Shown here: piece after piece, positions 16,677 to 25,488 of the stretch
Layout of the letters: every line of letters starts with the position of its first letter
Position numbering within the stretch: position 1 is the first letter of the stretch
Source of the DNA: a virus
Length of the DNA: 40,149 bases
Strand: one strand, 5' to 3'
IMG/VR virus record: IMGVR_UViG_3300005286_000001
Span: 1 to 40,149 of that record
Notes under the pieces: model-generated
Database searches by the model: none
What the model was told of the DNA's origin: nothing
What the model saw: only the letters and a program-made list of their open reading frames with translations
Made by a program: the position numbers and the translations under genes

Positions 16677-17177
16677 TCAGGCGGCGGCGACGGGGCCGAC
16701 AGCGGCGCTCGTGGCGCTCGTGCTGCCGATATCGTTGGTGGCGGTCACGGTGACGGTGATCATGGCGTTCTCGTCCGCCGGATCGAGCGTGTACGTCGAG
16801 GACGTTGCCCCGGCGATATCCGCCCCGTCACGTTTCCACTGATAGGCGTAGCCGGACGGCGAGCCGGTCCATGTGCCGGTGCTCGCGGTCAGCTGCTGCC
16901 CCACGGTCGGCGTCCCGGTGATCTCGGGAGGCGCCGTGTTGGCGGGCGGCGGCGAAGGCTGGTTCGATCCCTGCGGATAGCGAGCCCAGAACACATCGCC
17001 GGCCCGAACGGTCTTCGTGGTGAAGTACGTGCCGCCGGCATCAGCGGTCGCGACGCCATCGACGATGGCGAGCGCCTGACCCGGTACAAGGTCCTCGCCG
17101 GCCCGGACGCGCACATGTACGGCATCGCCGTCGGTGATCCGTTCCTCGTCGGTGAGCGCGTAGTTCCAGACCGGCAT
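16677..17177 (-). CDS. Capsid decoration-type protein with a C-terminal Ig-like domain
   Basis: The C-terminal half PEITGTPTVGQQLTASTGTWTGSPSGYAYQWKRDGADIAGATSSTYTL...ITVTVTATN is a typical Ig-like surface repeat. Confidence 0.65.
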   Translation of the reverse strand: MPVWNYALTDEERITDGDAVHVRVRAGEDLVPGQALAIVDGVATADAGGTYFTTKTVRAGDVFWARYPQGSNQPSPPPANTAPPEITGTPTVGQQLTASTGTWTGSPSGYAYQWKRDGADIAGATSSTYTLDPADENAMITVTVTATNDIGSTSATSAAVGPVAAA

Positions 17178-17192
17178 TGTCGTCTCCGATGG

Positions 17193-18077
17193 TTATCGGC
17201 GCCCGGCATTCAGGGCGGCGTTGAACACCTCTGCCGGGTCTTCCGGCTCATCCACTTCCGTGCCAGCTCGCGGAGTGCGGTTGAGCGACGGGAGGGACGT
17301 GACATTGCCGCCCTTCGCCGTCGTCGTGGTGGCGACGGGGGCAGCCTGTGCGCGCGCGGCCTCAAGGGCCTTGGCGAGAAAGTCCGGGTCCTTCAGAAGC
17401 GCTTCTTTCTGGCGCTCCATCCAGCCCTGCGGGTCATTCCCGACCTCGCGCTCGAATTCGTACTTGCGGTGCCACCGCACGATGTCGCCGAACGGATCGG
17501 CCGCCTCACGCAGCTGCTTGAGCACGACGTCGCGGTTGAGCCCCCCGGTCGCAATCGCCTGCTGCAGGGCCGCAAACGCCTTGTCCACGGTCTCCTGCCC
17601 GAATTCCTTGATCGCGTACTGACGCGACCAGTATTCGGCGACGGCGCGGGCTCGCTCCTCGGCCACCTGAGCGGCCTTCTGGACCGGGTCGAGCAGCTCC
17701 TGCGCCTTGTGCTTCAGGAATGCATCCGGGTCCTCGAAAATGTCAGGGGCCTGCTTCTGGGCCTCCTGCCTTTCGCGCTCGATCTGCTCCTTCCACGCGC
17801 GAAGATCGGCGGCCTCCTGCTCAAGCCGGCGCTTCTCTTCGGCTACCTCTCGCAGCCGCCACGACGGCACGAAGGCCTCATTTTCGGGCTTTTTCACACC
17901 CTCCGAAGGAGTCTCGGCATTCGGAGACGGGTGACTATGGCCCGGATCTTCGTTTCCGGGAGAGGACGCGGCGGCACTGGGTCCACCGGCGTCAACAACG
18001 GGCTCATTCACCACTCCCGGCATCTCGCCGCCGGACAGCGCTGCGTCAAAGACTTCCTGTTCGCCGCCAATCGACAT
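17193..18077 (-). CDS. Scaffolding protein
   Basis: 294 aa, charged with coiled-coil character. It lies between the portal and capsid genes. Confidence 0.65.
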   Translation of the reverse strand: MSIGGEQEVFDAALSGGEMPGVVNEPVVDAGGPSAAASSPGNEDPGHSHPSPNAETPSEGVKKPENEAFVPSWRLREVAEEKRRLEQEAADLRAWKEQIERERQEAQKQAPDIFEDPDAFLKHKAQELLDPVQKAAQVAEERARAVAEYWSRQYAIKEFGQETVDKAFAALQQAIATGGLNRDVVLKQLREAADPFGDIVRWHRKYEFEREVGNDPQGWMERQKEALLKDPDFLAKALEAARAQAAPVATTTTAKGGNVTSLPSLNRTPRAGTEVDEPEDPAEVFNAALNAGRR

Positions 18078-18159
18078 GGTTACGTCTCACTTTCGCGGAG
18101 TTGCGTGATTTCGCCCCGTATCGCCGGGCAAGCGTCCATATGCGCCGTGTCGTGGTCGC

Positions 18160-20076
18160 CTACGAACCGATTGCGGCCGCCTGGGAAGCCGCCATTTGCG
18201 CATTGGTGCGCGCCGCCTGCATGGCAATGGCGGCGTCGGCCTTCATGCGGTCGATCTCCATCTGATGGACGGCCTTCTCGCGCTCGATCTGCATGTCGTT
18301 GGCGGCCTTTTCCCGCGCCAACTGCATGTCGTTCTCGGCCTTGATGCGCGAGGCCTCGGCATTGATCGCCGCCCGCTCCCGCTCAAGCTGGATATCGGCC
18401 TGCTTGGCCTGCATATCCATCTGCAACTTGACCTGCTCGAGCTCCATCTTGGCCTGCTGTGCCAGAGCCTCCGGGTTCGGCTGCTGCTGTGCCTGTTCGA
18501 GGATCTCCTCGATCTGCTTCTTCATGCTGCCGGGGAGATTTGCCATCTTGAGGATGGCAACAGGCGGAATCGGCATGCCGGCGCCGGCCAACTGCACGAG
18601 CGTGTCGAACACGTCCTGCATCAGCGTCACCGTGTCCGGCCCCTCGTCGATGATGATATCCACGTCGAGAGAGCCGAGCGGGTTCTGCAGCGTGGGGACG
18701 CCCGTGCTCATGTCGATGCGGTTAACGGGCAGGAAGTCCGGGATTCCCTCGTTGTCCGTCACCCGGATCCAGCGCTCCGCCGTCCAGTAGCGCTGGATGT
18801 TGTTCCAGACGGCCCGATAGACGCGCATCTTCCAGTCGCGGAAGGCGATCAGGAACGGCCCGATCTTGCCAAGGGCGGCCTGCTGCAGGAGCTGGATGGC
18901 GCGGCCCGAAAGGTCCTTGGGGGCACCGCCATCGACAGCCACGGGCGGGGAGAGCCCGCGACGGTCCATCTGGCTCTTGGCCTCCTGCAACATCTCAAGG
19001 TTGCCGGCAGCCTGAGCGGCGTTGTTCTCCTCCCGGACATTCGCGCCGGGGGGCAGGAGGACAATGCCGGTCGGTCTGTTGATGCGCTGCGCCAGATCCT
19101 GTTCGTTCTCGACCGATCCCGCCTCGATATAGACGCGCTTGGCATTGAGCGCGTGCAGACCGAGCGATCGGCGGGAATTGATCTCGTCCTGGATCGGCTT
19201 CAGGTTGCGAACGAAGCCGTAACGGTCGCCTTCCCAGTCCACGTGCGCTGAGAAGACGATGTACCGCGAGATGGTGCGGCCCTTCTCGTCATAGAAAGGC
19301 GAGTTGCCTTCATCGAGAAGCAGATTCCCCGTGTAGAACGCGAATTTCCACTCGCCGCCCCGGATGTACCAGTGCTCGACGAGGCGGATCTTCCGCTCGT
19401 TCGTGATGACCCAGAGGTTCTGGCGCTGGTTGAGGTTCCATTCCTCCTGCCCGAAGCCCTGAGTGCCGAGCGCCTCGAGGGCCTCGGCATGGTCGGGGAA
19501 CATCGACTTCGCCACGTCGATATCGACCCACTTCGAGACGCCCATGTAGCGGGCATCCGAAAAGTCCTGCTCGATGGAGCGCGGGTCGTAAAAGAACGTC
19601 TCGGCATCGACGGTCTTGAGCTGGATATCCGGGTCGCCGTTATCGCCCTCGACGAAAGACATCTCCACGCCAGCGACGGCATCGATGCCCGCCGCTCGCG
19701 CAACACGAGGCGTCAGGTACTGCCACTGAACCGTGTCCATCGCGTAGCGCAGGACGCTTGTCGCAACCTCGGCGCCGTCCTCGTGAGCCGGCGTGCGTGG
19801 GTAGGCTTTCGGATCCTGCCTCAGGCGCTCGACGGTGCCGACAATGCCGTCGATCTGCGGCTGGACCTCGTTGTAGACGACCGCCGGCTGCCCACGGTCC
19901 CGCAGCACCTGCAATTGCTCTGGCGTGAGCTGGTCGCCGTCATAGTACCGGCGCGCAACCTCGGTTTCCTCACGCTCACGGGCCTTGTTCGTCCAGTAAT
20001 CCTGATGGCGGCGGATGAGGGTGCTGAGGGAGGCGAAGTTGCCGTCCCTCTCATCCGTGGTCGTGAGTTGCGCCAT
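18160..20076 (-). CDS. Portal protein
   Basis: 638 aa directly after terL; the start overlaps the terL stop (TAATG). It has a long C-terminal coiled coil like a P22-type portal barrel. Confidence 0.85.
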   Translation of the reverse strand: MAQLTTTDERDGNFASLSTLIRRHQDYWTNKAREREETEVARRYYDGDQLTPEQLQVLRDRGQPAVVYNEVQPQIDGIVGTVERLRQDPKAYPRTPAHEDGAEVATSVLRYAMDTVQWQYLTPRVARAAGIDAVAGVEMSFVEGDNGDPDIQLKTVDAETFFYDPRSIEQDFSDARYMGVSKWVDIDVAKSMFPDHAEALEALGTQGFGQEEWNLNQRQNLWVITNERKIRLVEHWYIRGGEWKFAFYTGNLLLDEGNSPFYDEKGRTISRYIVFSAHVDWEGDRYGFVRNLKPIQDEINSRRSLGLHALNAKRVYIEAGSVENEQDLAQRINRPTGIVLLPPGANVREENNAAQAAGNLEMLQEAKSQMDRRGLSPPVAVDGGAPKDLSGRAIQLLQQAALGKIGPFLIAFRDWKMRVYRAVWNNIQRYWTAERWIRVTDNEGIPDFLPVNRIDMSTGVPTLQNPLGSLDVDIIIDEGPDTVTLMQDVFDTLVQLAGAGMPIPPVAILKMANLPGSMKKQIEEILEQAQQQPNPEALAQQAKMELEQVKLQMDMQAKQADIQLERERAAINAEASRIKAENDMQLAREKAANDMQIEREKAVHQMEIDRMKADAAIAMQAARTNAQMAASQAAAIGS

Positions 20077-21527
20077 TAGATCACCGTTGCTGCGGTTGAC
20101 GGCCTACGGTTGATGCGGGAGAACCCGGTCTGCGGTTGCGGGCGGCTCGTGACCTGGCGCACCCACGGGCGCGACATGCAGGCGTACCGCCACTCATCCG
20201 CGGCGTGGTCTTCCATGTCCGTGTCAAGGTCTTCGGGCCTGTCCTGATCGTGCTGCAGCATCGGGATCGTCCGAATGCTGTCGGTGCACGTCGAGAAACA
20301 GACGATCATCGGCCTATCTTCGGCCTCACCAACGAGCCGAGAACGCATCGCATCCCAGCCGCCCATCGCGCCGCGCTGCGACACGCGCTTGTTGTCGGCC
20401 CCGCGGAAGAACAACTTTCCGCCCGAGCCCTTCGTGATCCGCTCGGCAATCGAAGGGCCGCCATCCTCGGCAAAAGCCGCCGGGTCGAGAACGCCATACG
20501 AGAGCTTCGGATCCGACGCAGCTCGCGAGGCCAACCCCTCGCCAACCGCCTCGGCGTGCAACTTCAGTCCCACGTTCGGCTTGCCGGCAACTGCGCCGTA
20601 CCACTCGCGATAGCGAACGAGACAACCCCGCGGCAGGATGATCCCGCTTTCCGTCGTGTAGTCGTCCGATACGACCGCCCACCAACCGAAGCTGAAGGGC
20701 TTGGCAGAGCCCCAGTCACCGGACAGGAACCGCATCCAGTCGCCCGGCACCTCGAATGGCCGTATGACGTGGCGCTTCTCACTCCACTCCGCGAAGAACG
20801 CTCCTTCGATGGCGCTCCAGTCGCCCTCTAGCCACGCCCTGATCAGCTCGGCTCCGCCCACCATGCGCAGGCGGCTGATGTATCCAGGGTCATTCGCCAT
20901 CAGGATCGCGTTGTCCGTGATCCGTGACGGGATGACCGCCATCTTGTGCAATGTGCCGTCGTCGAGCGTCCGCGTGACGACCTGCGGTCCCCTTGGGAAG
21001 GGATGCAGCCTGTAGCGCTCCCGCAACCATGCTTGGCCTGGGCCGCCGGGGTTGGCGGTAAGGATCATCTGGACGGGCACGCCATGGGCCGAGCGCAGCA
21101 CACCGAACAGCTTGTCGATAGCGCGGCTGTCGGGATACTGCCCCGCCTCTTCAACCCACACGTCGGTGACGTTGCGCCCCTGCCATTCGTCGGCATCCTT
21201 GGGCTTGTCGAGGTATCTAAACGAGACCCGACCGCCATTCGGCATGCGCCAGATCAGCTTGCTCTCGTTGTAGACCCCGCCGAGAGGCCCGTAGATCTCC
21301 TTGCTGCGCTCTATCGCGTCTTCCGACGACACCGTCGTGCGCCGGAACATGATCGCGTTGAAGTGTTTGCCGTAGCGCCGTTCCTTCAGCGCCCATTTGC
21401 CGAGGACGCCGTCCGTCTTTCCGCCGCCGCGAGCGCCCCCGAAAAAGATCTCCGATAGCGGGCAGTCAACGAGCGCCTTCTGTGGGCCCGGCTGAGGCGC
21501 CCACAGTATGCTCGGCTTCCCATTCAT
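20076..21527 (-). CDS. terL: Terminase large subunit
   Basis: 483 aa. Walker A is GGARGGGKT and a Walker B-like motif is DVWVEEAG. A C-terminal nuclease-like region is present. Confidence 0.9.
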   Translation of the reverse strand: MNGKPSILWAPQPGPQKALVDCPLSEIFFGGARGGGKTDGVLGKWALKERRYGKHFNAIMFRRTTVSSEDAIERSKEIYGPLGGVYNESKLIWRMPNGGRVSFRYLDKPKDADEWQGRNVTDVWVEEAGQYPDSRAIDKLFGVLRSAHGVPVQMILTANPGGPGQAWLRERYRLHPFPRGPQVVTRTLDDGTLHKMAVIPSRITDNAILMANDPGYISRLRMVGGAELIRAWLEGDWSAIEGAFFAEWSEKRHVIRPFEVPGDWMRFLSGDWGSAKPFSFGWWAVVSDDYTTESGIILPRGCLVRYREWYGAVAGKPNVGLKLHAEAVGEGLASRAASDPKLSYGVLDPAAFAEDGGPSIAERITKGSGGKLFFRGADNKRVSQRGAMGGWDAMRSRLVGEAEDRPMIVCFSTCTDSIRTIPMLQHDQDRPEDLDTDMEDHAADEWRYACMSRPWVRQVTSRPQPQTGFSRINRRPSTAATVI

Positions 21528-21816
21528 CTGCGCTCATCGGGTTGTCGCTCACGATCCAGTGCCGGTTTTCGGTCTGAGCGTTGACATCGACCGCCGCAAG
21601 CTTCGGGGCAAAGAACGGTGCCGCGGCCTTCGCCGCATCGACGCGGTCCGCGAAGCTGGGCACGTGTCCGTCGATGGTTTCGCCGCGGCTGATAGCCAGA
21701 AGCAGCTCATGCGGCAGCATGCCGACCTTGGCCGCTTCCTCTCGCGCCTTCGTTGCCATCCTGTTGACTGAGCCCTTCGGCCTACCGGCTCCGGGCCGCT
21801 TGCCGCCGCGTGCCAT
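21466..21816 (-). CDS. terS: Terminase small subunit (by position and basic N-terminus)
   Basis: 116 aa starting MARGGKRPGAGRPKG. It overlaps terL by 62 nt. Confidence 0.5.
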   Translation of the reverse strand: MARGGKRPGAGRPKGSVNRMATKAREEAAKVGMLPHELLLAISRGETIDGHVPSFADRVDAAKAAAPFFAPKLAAVDVNAQTENRHWIVSDNPMSADEWEAEHTVGASAGPTEGAR

Positions 21817-21861
21817 TGATTTCTCGATATTTATTCAAAGGGGCTCACAACCCCACCTCAT

Positions 21862-22080
21862 TCAGCGTGACGCGGCCGGAACGAGCTTGTAGCGCTGGCC
21901 GTTGATGACGATGCCGTCAGTGAACATCGCGAACTCGCGGACGCCGTCCGCCTCCATGGCGCACGGACACTTCGTGTCGCCGGGGCGCGGGCCGGTGCAG
22001 AAGCACGCCTTCCACCGCTCGGGCTCCGTCGTCATGACGTGCGGATGGTCTCCGGCGGCACTCCCCCAGATCACGTTCAT
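21862..22080 (-). CDS. Small Cys-rich hypothetical protein
   Basis: 72-aa ORF containing CFCTGPRPGDTKCPC. Confidence 0.5.
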   Translation of the reverse strand: MNVIWGSAAGDHPHVMTTEPERWKACFCTGPRPGDTKCPCAMEADGVREFAMFTDGIVINGQRYKLVPAASR

Positions 22081-22283
22081 AGCCCAACCTCGTTCAATGT
22101 GATGTTCGGCCTCTCCCCCGTGTCCGGCTTGGCCGCCTCGAACTTCGCCATGTCCTCACGGATCGCGTCGATCACGTCAGCGTCGTCAAACCACTCGGGA
22201 GCCGTGATGCCGAGAATGGCCCCGTCTCTCTCTCTCCGTAGGCGGATGCGCCAGGGATGAGAGGGACGGGGTTTGGCGGGCAT
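22077..22283 (-). CDS. Hypothetical protein
   Basis: ORF 22077-22445 trimmed to the ATG at 22283, 1 nt after the upstream stop. It forms an ATGA overlap with the next gene. Confidence 0.45.
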   Translation of the reverse strand: MPAKPRPSHPWRIRLRRERDGAILGITAPEWFDDADVIDAIREDMAKFEAAKPDTGERPNITLNEVGL

Positions 22284-22284
22284 G

Positions 22285-22554
22285 TCAGTTTGACGGCGGC
22301 AACATTTGCCCGAGCGGCGGGACGAAGCTGGCAAAACCAGCCCACCCATGGTCGCCACCGTTGGCCTCGTATACGGCGTGCGCTTCCGGCAGATACTGCT
22401 CGTACCATTCCCGGTCATCCGAGGTTCCCATACCGAAGAACGCATTCCCGTCGAGCATGGCGAGCGTTTCGGCGATAGGGCGAAGCTTGGCCTTTTCGGC
22501 GTCCGTAAAGTCGGTCTTCCAACCGCCCTTCGGCTCCGGGATGTCGTAGCTCAT
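22285..22554 (-). CDS. Hypothetical protein
   Basis: ORF trimmed to the ATG at 22554 (MSYDIPEPKGGW...), which overlaps the stop of the tiny TM ORF by 1 nt. Confidence 0.45.
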   Translation of the reverse strand: MSYDIPEPKGGWKTDFTDAEKAKLRPIAETLAMLDGNAFFGMGTSDDREWYEQYLPEAHAVYEANGGDHGWAGFASFVPPLGQMLPPSN

Positions 22555-22652
22555 CAGAACACCATCGCTCCCGTAGCCACGCCTGCGCCGAAGATCACAA
22601 CCACCGCGCCAATGAGAAGCGCGATAGCAAGACGGCGGAGGACTGCGGCCAT
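22554..22652 (-). CDS. 32-aa single-TM peptide, first ORF of the late operon
   Basis: MAAVLRRLAIALLIGAVVVIFGAGVATGAMVF. GGAG lies 5 nt upstream of the ATG. Confidence 0.35.
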   Translation of the reverse strand: MAAVLRRLAIALLIGAVVVIFGAGVATGAMVF

Positions 22653-22968
22653 GCCGTGGCTCCAAGTGAGAAGCGCCGCCCCGGAGAACCGAGACGGCGC
22701 TAAAGCGAAACCGCTTGGGGCAGCCCCGCTAGATTGACGCAGGGTGAGGCCGGAGCCCCAACGTGCTAGGTGACGCACTCCCTGCTATCACGAGAGGCCG
22801 GGCGCTACTCCGGCTGGCTGGGCACGGCTCATGCCTGAATCCGCAATCCGGACCCACGCGGCACGGCCAACGCCACAGTCGCCGTTTCCATGGTCGGCCG
22901 GTTTGCTATGCTGGCGGTTGCGACTGCCGCCTCGATAGGCCGTTTTGCGTGTCTGCTTTCCACGCCGC

Positions 22969-23370
22969 TCTCGTGAACTGTCTCAGCGCGGGCCGGGCGT
23001 CCCCGGCGTGGGCGGGCTCGATAGTTTAAGCAGCAGAGGCGCATGAAGCGCCATCCGTCGGATCCCACTGCGACAGCTCCTACACGCCGCCGCGCTGAAC
23101 TCTGAAACTGTTGTGGCAGCCGACTTTCGGCGACCGCCCCGTCTGTTACGCCACCGGCCTATAACCGGTCTTGTGAACAGCTCCTGTCAGCGCGGGGCGG
23201 CATTTGGTGGCGGCCAGGAACAGCCCCTAGCCCTCCCACCGGGAGGCCCGGCTGATGCCGCTTGGCCTCCGCCCACGGCCCTCGTGTCAGAGACCGCGCT
23301 GAACTCGTTGCCCGTCTACGGGCGCAAATCTTGCTGATACCAAATCATCGCATTTCCGGTTTAACCGGTC
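22969..23370. repeat. Two diverged tandem modules of about 200 bp with collinear conserved islands and a conserved 9-bp closing helix (candidate structured RNA or protein-binding array)
   Basis: Island pairs: TYGTGAAC at 22971 and 23171. TCAGCGCGGG at 22983 and 23187. GTGG(G)CGG at 23008 and 23207. CCCAC at 23064 and 23272. CCGCGCTGAACTC at 23090 and 23294. TAACCGGTC at 23162 and 23362. Confidence 0.6.
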
Positions 23371-23932
23371 AAGCGATTTCTTCCGCTTCTTCGTCATCGA
23401 TCCAATGAGGAAAGCCCCACAGGTCAGCTAAACGATCCGTTGCATCACGGAACATCTCCGTCGCAGCGGCAATCGCCTGCGCCTTGTTTCCCCAACCGAG
23501 GATTTTGCGTCCGGCCTCCTCAAGCGTAGCGTCTTCACAGGCGATATGCTCGATCAGCCGCGACATCCGCAAGCCGATGTGGCGCGCCGCCTGCCGATAG
23601 CGCTGGCGGTATTCGGCCTGGCGCTCGCTCTGGGCCATCAGGCGCATGCCCGTGTTGTCCGGCGCATAGATGCGGTTGGGATCCACACCATTCGGCCCCG
23701 GCTCGAGCCCCGCGTGGTACCAGTAGAGGCGGTATCGCCTGCCCGCTTCGGCTTGTCTTTCGGTGATGACGCCTCTCTTGCGGATGCGGTCGATCATCCC
23801 GTCTCGCATGGTCACGCGACCGTCTCCGCCGACGACGTAGAACTCTCCAGCCTTCGCCATCCGCTCGGGCGTCGGCTGCATCGGCTTGTCGATGGGAGTC
23901 GTAGCCCTCGTCTTCTTCTTCGGTCGCGCCAT
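23369..23932 (-). CDS. Putative DNA-binding regulator (late-gene activator candidate by position)
   Basis: 187 aa. The C-terminal segment ATLEEAGRKILGWGNKAQAIAAATEMFRDATDRL looks like a sigma-70 region-4 / LuxR-type HTH. It is the last gene before the 716-bp late leader. Confidence 0.35.
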   Translation of the reverse strand: MARPKKKTRATTPIDKPMQPTPERMAKAGEFYVVGGDGRVTMRDGMIDRIRKRGVITERQAEAGRRYRLYWYHAGLEPGPNGVDPNRIYAPDNTGMRLMAQSERQAEYRQRYRQAARHIGLRMSRLIEHIACEDATLEEAGRKILGWGNKAQAIAAATEMFRDATDRLADLWGFPHWIDDEEAEEIA

Positions 23933-23935
23933 GTG

Positions 23936-24184
23936 TCAGCCCCCGGCGATCTCAAGATCACACCCCACGCTCCTCAGCGCGGAGCGCAGGTCATTGATGT
24001 GTTCCTCTGGCAGTTTGATCGTGATTGACCGGCGCTCGTGCATGGCGAGGGCGTCCGAGGCTACGCGCAGCAATTCGCACGCCTCCGCGAACAGCTCGTG
24101 CAGGTCTTCCGCACTCTTGCCCCTTGCGGCCCGCTCCATCTCATCGGCTATGCTGCTGAGGCGGTGGGAAAGGTCGTCAGTCAT
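23936..24184 (-). CDS. Hypothetical protein
   Basis: ORF 23936-24271 trimmed to the ATG at 24184 (MTDDLSHRLSS...), which forms an ATGA overlap with the upstream tiny ORF. Confidence 0.5.
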   Translation of the reverse strand: MTDDLSHRLSSIADEMERAARGKSAEDLHELFAEACELLRVASDALAMHERRSITIKLPEEHINDLRSALRSVGCDLEIAGG

Positions 24185-24279
24185 GGCGCCGCCCCCGATC
24201 CCCAGATGATCGATACGATGCCGGCGGCGGCCATCGAGACCGCGATCACCATGAGCGTCAGGCATTCCCATTTGCTCAT
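24181..24279 (-). CDS. 32-aa single-TM peptide
   Basis: MSKWECLTLMVIAVSMAAAGIVSIIWGSGAAP. A strong GAGGAGG SD lies upstream. Confidence 0.4.
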   Translation of the reverse strand: MSKWECLTLMVIAVSMAAAGIVSIIWGSGAAP

Positions 24280-24289
24280 CGCCGCCTCC

Positions 24290-24550
24290 TCAGAACGGGA
24301 TTTCGTCGTCGAGCGGGATATCGACCTGTTGTGTCCGCTGACTCCGGGCCGCCTGCTGGCCATCCTTTGGCTGGAACGACAGCGACATAAAGGACTTGCC
24401 GTTGCGGTCCTTCTTGAGCCACCCTGACAGCCAGAATTCCTCCCCCGCAACGTTGCCGCTGCCACGATAATCCGGGTGCGTGTCGCGCTCCTTCCGGTCG
24501 TTCTTGAACAAGGCGCCTGTATTCGTCCGGTCGTACTGCTGCCCACTCAT
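24290..24550 (-). CDS. Short protein ending in an SSB-type C-terminal tip (DDEIPF)
   Basis: The C-terminal 86 aa of ORF 24290-25141, from the ATG at 24550 (ATGA overlap with the primase stop). It ends ...QQVDIPLDDEIPF and is too short for a canonical OB-fold SSB. Confidence 0.55.
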   Translation of the reverse strand: MSGQQYDRTNTGALFKNDRKERDTHPDYRGSGNVAGEEFWLSGWLKKDRNGKSFMSLSFQPKDGQQAARSQRTQQVDIPLDDEIPF

Positions 24551-25488
24551 GCGGCTTTCCTTTCGTCGATGAGAACGTTGTTCCAGTCGTGACCCAGCGT
24601 CTTCGGTATTTCGACCTCGACGCCGAAGCCTTCGTTCGTGAGTTTCTTGGCCAGGGCGTAGGCCGCCTCCTGCCCGGTGAATGACGTGTCGTTGTCCCCG
24701 AAGATCACGACCGTCTCGACCTCGCGCGGGGCGATCCAGTTCGCCAGCATCGTGGCGTTGAGGGCGGCCCACACCGGCATGTCGAACAGCTTGGACGCCG
24801 CGAATGCCGTCTCGATCCCCTCCGCAATTCCGAGGATCTTTTCGTGCCGCATCAGGCGCACCGCCGAGCCTGGGGCAATCTTGCCGGGCATGAACATGCG
24901 GGGCTTGGCGACATGCGCCTTGTGGCCGTCCTCCGTCAGGAACGTCCGATGGATCGTCACCGGGTTCCCATCGGGGTCCATGACCATGGAGACCATCGCC
25001 GGCAACTTGGCGGGCTTCGGGGCCGGATAGTGGGCACTCAGGCACGTCCTGATCGAGGGCGGCACATCCACCACGCCTACGCGGTTGACGAGGTAGCGCC
25101 ACACCGGGTCGCCTTGCTCGACCTTCCGAGAGGAGCGCCACAGGTCGTTGAGACGTCGCCTTACCTCATCCGTGCCCATCTCCTGCCGCACCGGAACGGC
25201 CGGAGCCGCCCCGATGACTTCCTCAATGCGAACCGCCGCAGTGTGGAAATCCCAGCCGTTCACCCTCATGACGAGCTCGAACCCGTCACCTGCCCCGCAC
25301 TGCGAGCAGATCCACGTGCCGCGTCCCTCCTTGTCGTCGAACCGAAACCGGTCCTTGCCGCGCTGGCACATGGGGCAGGCTGTATGCCGGCCGGTGAGGT
25401 ATTCCGGGCCAACGCCGAGCATCGGCAGGAGAGAGGGCCAGCGGCCAATTGCGCGATCCCTAAGCGGCGACATTGGCAGCCTCCGCAA
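24547..25488 (-). CDS. DNA primase (zinc-ribbon plus Toprim type)
   Basis: CPMCQRGKDRFRFDDKEGRGTWICSQCG is a primase-helicase zinc-binding motif. GIAEGIETA...VIFGDNDTSFTGQEAA is Toprim-like. Confidence 0.8.
   Translation of the reverse strand: MRRLPMSPLRDRAIGRWPSLLPMLGVGPEYLTGRHTACPMCQRGKDRFRFDDKEGRGTWICSQCGAGDGFELVMRVNGWDFHTAAVRIEEVIGAAPAVPVRQEMGTDEVRRRLNDLWRSSRKVEQGDPVWRYLVNRVGVVDVPPSIRTCLSAHYPAPKPAKLPAMVSMVMDPDGNPVTIHRTFLTEDGHKAHVAKPRMFMPGKIAPGSAVRLMRHEKILGIAEGIETAFAASKLFDMPVWAALNATMLANWIAPREVETVVIFGDNDTSFTGQEAAYALAKKLTNEGFGVEVEIPKTLGHDWNNVLIDERKAA

Noticed and set aside
17115-19251. Long plus-strand ORFs (17115-18344 and 18196-19251) opposite the scaffold and portal genes
   Set aside because: Same shadow-ORF character: Arg/Leu/Gly-rich, with no motifs and no SD. 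The portal and scaffold assignments explain the region.
22995-23075. Possible tRNA or suppressor-tRNA-like fold around GGCGC-ATGAA-GCGCC in the late leader
   Set aside because: The loop is 5 nt; opening one pair gives 7 nt but with the wrong residues at positions 33 and 37. There is no T-loop or D-arm consensus on either strand.
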